Of a DNA stretch of 25,795 bases, positions 17,442-25,087 are shown in pieces. This DNA comes from Synergistaceae bacterium (lineage in GTDB: Bacteria > Synergistota > Synergistia > Synergistales > Synergistaceae): contig JAVBRL010000186.1 of the NCBI GenBank assembly GCA_031547985.1, forward strand, positions 1-25,795, in the 5' to 3' direction. Below the pieces are notes generated by a model. It was not told where the DNA came from. It saw nothing but the letters and a program-made list of their open reading frames with translations, and ran no database searches. How positions within the stretch are numbered: the first letter of the stretch is position 1; the number at the start of each line of letters is the position of its first letter. The position numbers and the translations under genes were made by a program.

Positions 17442-19325
17442 ATGAGAAAACTTTCCGGCAGTGTGAAGACCGCGGTTTACTACTACGTCATCGGCCTCGG
17501 GGTGTTCCACCTCTACACGGCGTTTCGCGGGGCTTACGAGGCGTACTTGCAGCGGTCGATCCACCTGACGTGGGTCCTTCCTCTGGCGTACCTGCTTTTT
17601 CCGATGACGAAAAGCGCTCCCCGCGACCGGATCCCCTGGTACGATTGGGCCTTCGCGGCGGTCGCGGTCTGCCCGGGGCTTTACGGCATCTTCAACTTCA
17701 CGTACATCGCGAACCGTTTCGTGGGGCTCGACCCGGTGGCCAATATCGAGGTGGCACTCGGCGTGATCCTGATCCTGGCATTGCTCGAGGCGGCGCGGCG
17801 CACCGTGGGGCTGCCGCTCGCGCTCGTGGCGGGATCGTTCACGGCGTATATGCTGTGGGGGTATCATCTGCCCGGCGTCTTGGAGGCGCTGAAATTCACG
17901 CTGCCCGAGATGGTCGAGCTGCAGTACCTCTCCGACGAGGGGATCTTCTCTGTGCCCCTGGGCGTGTCGTCCACGTACGTCGTGCTGTTTTTGATCTTCG
18001 GCGGTTTTCTCGAAAAAAGCGGCATCGGGGAGTATTTCATGGACATCGCGATCTCGCTCACGGGGTCGAAGCCCGGTGGGCCCGCGAAGATCGCGGTCGT
18101 GAGCTCGTGCCTTTTCGGCACGATCTCGGGCTCGGCCGTGGCGAACGTCTACGGCACCGGCACGTTCACGATCCCATTGATGATGAAGGTGGGGTACGAG
18201 CCGCATTTTGCGGCGGCCACGGAGGCGGTGGCGAGCACGGGCGGGCAGATCATGCCGCCGGTGATGGGAGCGGCCGCCTTCATCATGGCCTCGCTGATGG
18301 GTGTGCCGTTTAAAACGGTCATCGTGGCGGCCTTTTTGCCGGCGATCCTCTATTATCTGGCCGTCTTCACGATGGTGCACCTGAAGGCCGTGAAACTGGG
18401 CTTGAAGGGCATGCCCGCGAGCGAGCTACCGCCGCTTAAAACCGTGCTCAAAAAACTCTACCTGGCCGTTCCGCTCGTGGGGATCCTGTACATGCTGATC
18501 GCGGGCTACACGCCCATGTGGGCGGCGAGCGTGGCCATCTGCATGACGCTTGTCGTCTCGGCCTTCGATCCGGCGCACCGCATGGGGCCCCGGCGAATCC
18601 TGGACGCGATCTACAGCGGCGTGATCAACGTGCCCGTGATCGCCATCGCCTGCGCGGCGGCGGGGGTCGTCGTGGGGTCCATGACGCTCACGGGCTTCGG
18701 CTTCAAGTTCGTCGCCGCGGTGCTCGGCGTCGCGCACGGCATTCCGTTTCTGGCGCTCGTGCTGATGATGCTGATCTCGCTCGTGCTCGGCATGGGGTTG
18801 CCGACGGCGGGGGCGTACATCCTGGCGGCGTCGCTGGGTGTGCCGGCGCTCACGAAGCTCGGCTTTTCCCTGATAGCTTCGCACATGTTCTGCTTTTACT
18901 TCGCGATCCTGTCGGCGATCACGCCCCCCGTGGCGTTGGCGGCCTACGCCGGCGCGACGCTCGCGAAATCGTCGCCGAACCGCACCGGTGTGACGGCGGT
19001 GCGCTTGGGGATCATGGCGTTTCTGATCCCGTTCGCGTTCTGCTACGACCCGCGCCTGCTCTGGAACGCGCCCACGCTCGCGGCCAACCTCGTGGGCGTC
19101 GTCGAGGGCGTGATGGCGACGCTGGCGGTCTGCTGGGCGTTCGAGGGGTACGCGCGAGGCCCGATTCCGGTCTGGATGCGGGCGCTTTTCATCGTCGGCG
19201 CGATCGGCTCGCTCTCGCCGAACCTGTACATTACGTTCGCCGCCATTGCGGGCATCGGCGCCTGCTACGTCTTTTCGAAGAGCGTTTCGGGGCGTTACAT
19301 GGCGACGGCCGTCGAAAACGGCTAA
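17442..19325 (+). CDS. TRAP transporter fused 4TM/12TM permease (TAXI type)
   Basis: IPWYDW, LEAARRTVG, GPAKIAVVSSCLFGTISGSAVANV, ASTGGQIMPPVMGAAAFIM, LGMGLPT, ITPPVALAAY. Confidence 0.93.
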   Translation: MRKLSGSVKTAVYYYVIGLGVFHLYTAFRGAYEAYLQRSIHLTWVLPLAYLLFPMTKSAPRDRIPWYDWAFAAVAVCPGLYGIFNFTYIANRFVGLDPVANIEVALGVILILALLEAARRTVGLPLALVAGSFTAYMLWGYHLPGVLEALKFTLPEMVELQYLSDEGIFSVPLGVSSTYVVLFLIFGGFLEKSGIGEYFMDIAISLTGSKPGGPAKIAVVSSCLFGTISGSAVANVYGTGTFTIPLMMKVGYEPHFAAATEAVASTGGQIMPPVMGAAAFIMASLMGVPFKTVIVAAFLPAILYYLAVFTMVHLKAVKLGLKGMPASELPPLKTVLKKLYLAVPLVGILYMLIAGYTPMWAASVAICMTLVVSAFDPAHRMGPRRILDAIYSGVINVPVIAIACAAAGVVVGSMTLTGFGFKFVAAVLGVAHGIPFLALVLMMLISLVLGMGLPTAGAYILAASLGVPALTKLGFSLIASHMFCFYFAILSAITPPVALAAYAGATLAKSSPNRTGVTAVRLGIMAFLIPFAFCYDPRLLWNAPTLAANLVGVVEGVMATLAVCWAFEGYARGPIPVWMRALFIVGAIGSLSPNLYITFAAIAGIGACYVFSKSVSGRYMATAVENG

Positions 19326-19345
19326 GGCGCTTTTTTAAAATGTTC

Positions 19346-19393
19346 GAAGGGCGGGGAAGAGAAAATTCTTTCCCCGCCTTCTCTTTATTTTTT
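19346..19393 (+). terminator. Probable intrinsic terminator after the TRAP operon
   Basis: GGCGGGGAAG...TTTCCCCGCC stem followed by TTCTCTTTATTTTTT. Confidence 0.65.
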
Positions 19394-19475
19394 GTAAAAT
19401 GTTTTGTGTGTTGCATGTGATTTGCGCGAGCCGTTGATCGTAAGCGGCCGAGCGAGAGGGAGGGGGGGCCGACCG

Positions 19476-20155
19476 ATGAAGCTTTTGCTGGTCGACGACG
19501 ACGCGATCACCCTGGACGGCCTGAAAAACGGCATCGATTGGGCCGGGCTCGGCATCTCGCGCGTCGAGCTCGCTTCGAACGGCCGCCAGGCGCTTGAAAT
19601 CGCCGAGCGGTACCGGCCCGACCTCGTCGTCACCGACGTCTCCATGCCCAAGATGAACGGCATCGAACTTTCCAGGGAGCTGGCGCTCAGATACCCTCAA
19701 ACGAAAATCCTTTTCGTCTCCGGCTATCTCGAAGTCGATTACATGAAAGCGGCGTTTAAAAGCGGCGGCTGTTCGAACTCGAGGGGCGTCATACTTCGGA
19801 AGCACTCGTCGAGCCGCCCCAGAATAACGCACAAAAAAATCCGGTCGTCGAGAAGGTCAAGCGGATCGTCGAGGAGCGCTACGACGAAAAGCTCCTGATC
19901 TCCACGATCGCGCGCGAGGTCTATCTCTCGCCCGCGTACCTGTGCCTGCTGTTCAAGCAGGAGACCGGGACGACCGTCGGCACGTACCTGAACGACGTCC
20001 GCATCGAAGCGGCCCGGCGGCTGATGGAGACAAGCGCCAAACCGCTGGCCGATATCTGCGTCGAGGTCGGCTACAACGACCCGAAATATTTCAGCCGCGT
20101 GTTCAAGAAAAAATTTCACCTGTCCCCCTCGGACTACCGCGCGAAGCCGCGATGA
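19476..20155 (+). pseudogene. YesN-like response regulator (receiver + AraC HTH) split by a frameshift/deletion
   Basis: Frame from ATG 19476 gives LLLVDDD...VTDVSMPKMNG...FVSGY...MKAAFK, then loses similarity and stops at 19898. The -1 frame, open 19760-20155, encodes an AraC domain (YLSPAYLCLLFKQETG...VGYNDPKYFSRVFKK). Confidence 0.85.
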
Positions 20156-21921
20156 AACGTTTCGCGAAGCGCGCGCTCGTGCGGCTCGCCAACATGTCGT
20201 GGATCGCGAAGATCCAGGCGATCTTCGTGCTGTCGTGCGCGGTCGTCATGCTGCTTTTCACGGTGCTTCACTACCACAACGCCACCGAACTGCTGACGGA
20301 GGAGATCATCGCCTCGAAGTACAGCATCATGGAGCTGCTCGTGCGGGAGATCAAGACGACGTTCGACGCCGCGACCGCCGTGCTCTACGAGCTTGGCACG
20401 CGAAACGACCTGCGCGACGTCATGCGGCGCGATCCGCGCGGCATGGGATCCGTGGCGCAGATGAGGGAGTACGAGTGGATCTCGACGCTCGCGTGGTTCG
20501 CCGCCAACGACCCGGTGATCCACCACGTGCGGATCTACCTGTCGCATCCGCGTATCTACACGGGGTCTTCGTATAACGTCCTCTCGATGGAAACCGCGCG
20601 AAAAGCGCCGTGGTACGAAGCGGCCGTTCGCGCTGGCGGTAACATCCACTTCATGGTGCCCGAAAAACGCACGAGCCCCATCACACCCGACGTGATCGTG
20701 CTGCCCGCCGTGCGCGCGCTTTTCGACCCCGCGTCGCGGGCCGAACCGATCGGTTTTCTCGAGATGGACATCGATATCGTCCTGCTGTTCTCGCAGATCG
20801 CGCAGGAAGCCGAGTGGATCCTGGGCGGCACGGTCTACGTCGTCAATCCCAGCGGTGTCATCATGTGCAGCAAAGACCCCCGCGAAGTGGGGCGCACGAT
20901 CTGGCAGGTCCCGGGCATGGAAAAAGCCGACCTGCGCAACGAAGGCCCGATCGCCACGGCGAGCGACATTTTGCTCAACATGCCGTTTTTGCAGATGGAC
21001 TGGCGGCTTTACGTCAAGATTCCCGCCCAGGTGTTCAGCAAATCGCGCAAGACGATCTACGACCGGATGATGTCCGTCGTGCTCGTGCTGCTCGTGTTGA
21101 CGCTGTGCGTGAGCGCGGCCTTCTCGAAGCTCATGAAGCACAAGATCGCGCGCGTGCTGTCGCGCGTGCAGTCGCCCGGGTTCATTCGAGACGGGGCGGG
21201 GAACGTGCGCGACGAGCTGGCGCTGATCGAACGCTCTTTCACTTTTCTGGAGGAGGAAAACCAGGCGCTCGCCAACGAGATCTACCGCGAGCAGCTCAAG
21301 CGCCAGGAAGCACAGCTCGCCATGTACCAAGCGCAGATCAACCCGCATTTTCTCTACAACGTGCTTGATATCGTCGGCTGGCTCGCCCGCCAGGGGCGTA
21401 CCGAAAGCGTTGTCGAGGTTGTGCGCAAGCTCGTGAAGTTCTACCGCACGCGACTGCGCAAGGGGAACACCCGCGCCACGATCGGCGAGGAGCTCGACGC
21501 CGTGCGTGCCTACGTGGAGCTGCAGAATATCCGCCTCCAGGATGCTGTAACGCTCGAGATCGACGTGCCGCCCGAGATGGACGATTGTGTCCTGGGTGGA
21601 ATGATCCTGCAGCCGCTGGTGGAGAACAGCATCCAGCACGGTATTCTCGAAAAGGACAGCGGCACGGGGACGGTTCGGCTGTCGGGCCGAATCGAAAACG
21701 AGCGCGTGATCCTGTGCATCGAGGACGACGGCGTCGGCATGGACGCGCGGCAGGTCGAGACGCTAAACGGCGGCGGCGTCGCGTCGAAGGAGGGAGGCTT
21801 CGGTTTCGCGAGCGTGAACGAGCGCATCGAACTGATGTTCGGGCGGGAGTACGGCGCCTGGGTCGGCAAGCGCAGCGCGGGCGGCACGATCGTAGTCGTC
21901 TCGATCCCGCTCGTGAGGTGA
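20152..21921 (+). CDS. YesM-like sensor histidine kinase
   Basis: ATG overlaps the regulator stop (ATGA). Two TM segments with an extracytoplasmic domain, QAQINPHFLYNVL, LQPLVENSIQHG, IEDDGVGM, GFGFASVNERI. Confidence 0.92.
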   Translation: MKRFAKRALVRLANMSWIAKIQAIFVLSCAVVMLLFTVLHYHNATELLTEEIIASKYSIMELLVREIKTTFDAATAVLYELGTRNDLRDVMRRDPRGMGSVAQMREYEWISTLAWFAANDPVIHHVRIYLSHPRIYTGSSYNVLSMETARKAPWYEAAVRAGGNIHFMVPEKRTSPITPDVIVLPAVRALFDPASRAEPIGFLEMDIDIVLLFSQIAQEAEWILGGTVYVVNPSGVIMCSKDPREVGRTIWQVPGMEKADLRNEGPIATASDILLNMPFLQMDWRLYVKIPAQVFSKSRKTIYDRMMSVVLVLLVLTLCVSAAFSKLMKHKIARVLSRVQSPGFIRDGAGNVRDELALIERSFTFLEEENQALANEIYREQLKRQEAQLAMYQAQINPHFLYNVLDIVGWLARQGRTESVVEVVRKLVKFYRTRLRKGNTRATIGEELDAVRAYVELQNIRLQDAVTLEIDVPPEMDDCVLGGMILQPLVENSIQHGILEKDSGTGTVRLSGRIENERVILCIEDDGVGMDARQVETLNGGGVASKEGGFGFASVNERIELMFGREYGAWVGKRSAGGTIVVVSIPLVR

Positions 21922-21942
21922 CGAAACGACAAGGCTCCACGC

Positions 21943-21971
21943 TTGACAGGCGAAGGCGAAAAATGTACGAT
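21943..21971 (+). promoter_or_regulatory. Near-consensus sigma70 promoter of the toxin-antitoxin operon
   Basis: TTGACA(21943-21948)-17-TACGAT(21966-21971) with extended -10 TG. TGTAC (21964-21968) and GTACA (21989-21993) resemble YefM-type operator cores. Confidence 0.75.
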
Positions 21972-22007
21972 AAACTGTGCTGAAAACAGTACAGAGGAGT
22001 GAAAAGC

Positions 22008-22283
22008 ATGCTTGCCCTCAACTATACGACCGTGCGAAACAATTTCAAAGCGTACTGTGATATCGTCACCGACGACAACGAAACCGTCATCATCACGCGC
22101 AAGGACGAAAAAAACGTGGTGCTGATATCCTTGGAACAGTACAACAACATGATGGAAAACCTTTTCATCACGAGCAACAAAAAATATCTCGAACGCCTTT
22201 TGAAGTCCAGGGATCAAGTCGAAAACGGCCAGGTCGTGACGAAACGCATTGAAGACCTGGATTCGCTCGCGGACGCGAAATAG
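22008..22283 (+). CDS. yefM: Phd/YefM family antitoxin
   Basis: NYTTVRNNFKAYCDIV...VIITRK...VVLISLEQYNNMMENL. SD GAGGAG. Confidence 0.92.
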   Translation: MLALNYTTVRNNFKAYCDIVTDDNETVIITRKDEKNVVLISLEQYNNMMENLFITSNKKYLERLLKSRDQVENGQVVTKRIEDLDSLADAK

Positions 22284-22293
22284 CGGGGCGTGG

Positions 22294-22551
22294 ATGAATA
22301 AAAAATTCTCGGATTTCGCGTGGGAGGATTACGCCTATTGGCTGGCGTGCGATAAAAAGGTCGCGAAGAAAATCAACGCGTTATTGCGCGACATCGACAG
22401 AAACGGGCACGACGGTATGGGAAATCCGGAGCCGCTACGCCACGAGCTGGCTGGTTACTGGAGCCGAAGGATCACGGAAAAAGATCGCTTGATCTATAAG
22501 ATCGTGGAGGATACGATCTTCATCATCTCCTGCAAAGGGCATTACGACTAA
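22294..22551 (+). CDS. yoeB: Txe/YoeB family toxin
   Basis: AWEDYAYW...KKINALLRDI...GNPEPLRHELAGYWSRRITEKDRLIY...SCKGHY. Confidence 0.94.
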   Translation: MNKKFSDFAWEDYAYWLACDKKVAKKINALLRDIDRNGHDGMGNPEPLRHELAGYWSRRITEKDRLIYKIVEDTIFIISCKGHYD

Positions 22552-22578
22552 AAGTTTCAGCGCACTTCATCGCACAAC

Positions 22579-22644
22579 ACGACCGAGGATTTTTGGTACG
22601 CACGCATGGCTTGCTCATGCGCGGCACCAAAAATCCTCGGTCGT
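22579..22644. repeat. 66-nt palindrome with perfect 19-bp arms
   Basis: ACGACCGAGGATTTTTGGT (22579-22597) and ACCAAAAATCCTCGGTCGT (22626-22644). The 28-nt spacer has a nested CGCATG/CATGCG pair. Confidence 0.9.
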
Positions 22645-22697
22645 TTCGCGTTTCCTTGTCGGGTATTGCGTTTTTTGTGTTTCTGTTGCCTTCGTTA

Positions 22698-22771
22698 CGG
22701 GTGTTTCATCGGTTGTTGCAACGGGTCATCTGCGCGCGCGGAGTCGGATGGAATAAGCGCGGGTGTTTCAT
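22698..22771 (+). repeat. 12-nt direct repeat, two copies
   Basis: CGGGTGTTTCAT at 22698-22709 and 22760-22771. Confidence 0.7.
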
Positions 22772-22907
22772 AAAAGCGAGACGTCTCTACTTATATAAAC
22801 TGCGCAAGAGGGTCGCGAAACGCAACCTGTTTTCCGAAAGTTTTCCCAAGAAATTTTTCGGGGAGATATTTTTCCGACTCGCCCCTATTGTATGGGTTCC
22901 TTTTGCG

Positions 22908-22936
22908 TGGACAAAAAGCGAAAAAAGAGATAGCAT
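22908..22936 (+). promoter_or_regulatory. Putative sigma70 promoter of nhaC
   Basis: TGGACA(22908-22913)-17-TAGCAT(22931-22936). Same GCGTGGACAA -35 context as the skp promoter. Confidence 0.5.
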
Positions 22937-23098
22937 TTTCATGGGGAAACATGCTTTAGCGCTAATAAATTACGAGGGAAGGCCTCCAAAAATTACAATC
23001 GCAAGGAAGGGGAGGTGGTCGCAAGAGAAAGGAAGTGACGGGTTCTCCCGATGTGTCGGGCGAACGAACGAAACAACGAAAAGGGGGGTTTTGAACTC

Positions 23099-24619
23099 AT
23101 GTCGGAAACGAAAGAAGGGCGCAAGCCATCTCTACTCGAGGCGATCGTGGTTCTTCTTTTCGCTGCGGCACTGATCGGCAGCGGAGTTCTGATCTGGGAA
23201 GTCGACGTACACATTCCAATCGCCATCTCGGCCGCTTTCGCGGCGGCAGTCTCTATTTTCCTTCTCAAATACAAATGGAACGAAGTCGAAGAAGGTATCC
23301 TAAACGGCATCATGATGGGGATGCAGGCGAACCTGATCCTCTACACGGTCGGCATGATGGTCGGTATCTGGATCTTAAGTGGAGTCGTTCCGAGCATGAT
23401 TTCATTCGGTCTCGATATTTTAAGCCCCTCGATCTTCCTGTTCGCCACGCTGATCATCTGTTCGATCGTCTCGCTGTCGACCGGGAGTTCCTGGGGAACG
23501 TCCGGCACGGTGGGTATCGCGTTGATGGGGATCGCGAGCGGTTTGGGCATTCCTCCGGCGCTGACGGCGGGCGTGGTGCTCTCGGGGGCTTACTTCGGGG
23601 ACAAGATGTCTCCTCTGTCGGATACGACGAACCTGGCTCCGGCGGTCGCGGGGACGGATCTCTTCCAGCATATCCGCGCGATGGCTTGGACGACGGGGCC
23701 TTCCTATGTGCTTGTCGCGGTGATCACGCTCGTTTTGGGGATGAGATACAGCAGCGGCACGTTGGACGTCGAGAAGATCGGCGCGATCCAGAGCATCATG
23801 GGGGGCTAGTTTTCCATCAGCCTGCTCGGGTTTATCCCGCCGATCATCGTCATCGGGCTGGCGGCGGCGAAGATGCCGGCGATCCCGGGGCTTTTCGCGG
23901 GCGTGCTGGCTGGGTGCGCCATGGCCTTTCTCCAAGGCTTGCACCCGGGAGATATTTTAAACGCCCTTCAAAACGGCTATGAGCCGTCGTTCGCGCAGAC
24001 GATCGCGGACGGCGAGACGGCTGCGGCCGTTACGCAGGTGTTGGCGGAAAAGGGGCTTACTTTGAACCCCGACCTTGCGAAGGAAGTCGGCGGAAGCCTG
24101 GTCGAACTGCTGGCACGCGGCGGGATGCAGTCGATGAACTGGACGATTTCGCTCATCTTGTGCGCGTTCACGTTCGGCGGAGTACTCGAGCGCTGCGGGT
24201 TCCTCGAAGTGCTACTTCATGCGGCATTAAAGCCCGTCAAGAGCGTTACGGGGCTCGTGTTCGCGACTTTCGTCGCCTGTTTCGGCACGAACCTCTTCCT
24301 GGGCGACCAGTACCTCTCGATTGTGATGCCGGGGCGCATGTTCAAACCCGCCTACGACGAGCGCGGCCTGCACGGTCGCATGCTTTCCAGGTCGCTGGAG
24401 GATTTCGGCACGATCACCTCGGTGTTGATCCCGTGGAACACGTGTGGCGCGTACAATTCGACAGTTCTAGGGGTTCCCACGGTCGAATACCTGCCGTACG
24501 CCTTCCTGAACTACTTGAACCCGATCGTGAGCGTCGGTATGACGGCGCTGGGGATCGGCATCTCGTGGAAAGGAAAAGACGGAGAGGTTGTCATCGCGCG
24601 CAGCAGGCCCAACGAGTAA
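23099..24619 (+). pseudogene. nhaC: NhaC family transporter interrupted by one in-frame TAG (codon 237)
   Basis: ORFs 23099-23809 and 23873-24619 share a frame and are joined across TAG 23807-23809. NhaC motifs on both sides: TGSSWGT, GAYFGDKMSPLSDTTN; GGMQSM, GDQYLSI, LSRSLEDFGT, LIPWNTCG. Confidence 0.85.
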
Positions 24620-24659
24620 TCCGCGGGATGCGCGGCTCGTCAGCACCTCCGGTCCCGCG

Positions 24660-25061
24660 ATGCCTCGGTGGATGTGGTACGTCATCGCCGTCGTGGGGGC
24701 TTTCCTGGTGGGCGACGCGCTTCGCCGCGTAACGGGCGGAGTCCCGGTAAAGGCGCTCACGTCCCAGATCTTCATCGGGTTGTGTGCCCTGTACGTCCTC
24801 GGTTTTCGAAAAAAACTCTATTTGGGTACCGAGGGTGTTGTCCGGGAGACGAAGAGCTGGTTTTTGAACAACCGCGACGTCCTGCCCTGGAGCGAAATCC
24901 GGCACGTGACGCTCGCTTTCCGGCGCGATAAAATGCTGGCCCTGTTCGAACGCGACCTCACCGGCTGGAAGCTCTTGTTTCCGCGGTCGGTCGAAGGCGA
25001 GCTCCGCGAGACGCTGCGCGAATTCATACCCGAGGTGGAGGTTAGCACTCTGGGTAATTGA
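24660..25061 (+). CDS. Hypothetical small membrane protein (2 TM segments + soluble C-terminal domain)
   Basis: MPRWMWYVIAVVGAFLVG...QIFIGLCALYVLGF, then a soluble domain (LPWSEIRHV). Fills the gap between the nhaC genes on the same strand. Start uncertain. Confidence 0.65.
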   Translation: MPRWMWYVIAVVGAFLVGDALRRVTGGVPVKALTSQIFIGLCALYVLGFRKKLYLGTEGVVRETKSWFLNNRDVLPWSEIRHVTLAFRRDKMLALFERDLTGWKLLFPRSVEGELRETLREFIPEVEVSTLGN

Positions 25062-25087
25062 CTCGACTCATTGAGGGGAGGATCCAG

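Noticed and set aside
19752-19766. TTTAAAA at the response-regulator frame switch as a programmed -1 frameshift site
   Set aside because: The heptamer is not phased as X XXY YYZ, slipping at TTT-AAA lands on TAA, and a fused product would still lack the receiver's conserved Lys segment.
11461-22705. ACGGGTGTT at 11461-11469 and 22697-22705 as att/target duplication flanking the accessory block
   Set aside because: Only 9 nt, reasonably likely by chance across these intergenic regions, and no integrase, transposase or tRNA target in the window.
22593-23174. 193-aa ORF across the yoeB-nhaC gap
   Set aside because: No SD or motifs, atypical composition, starts inside the palindrome and overlaps the nhaC promoter and start.
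23807-23809. Genome-wide TAG reassignment
   Set aside because: At least five intact genes in the window end in TAG at their expected C-termini.
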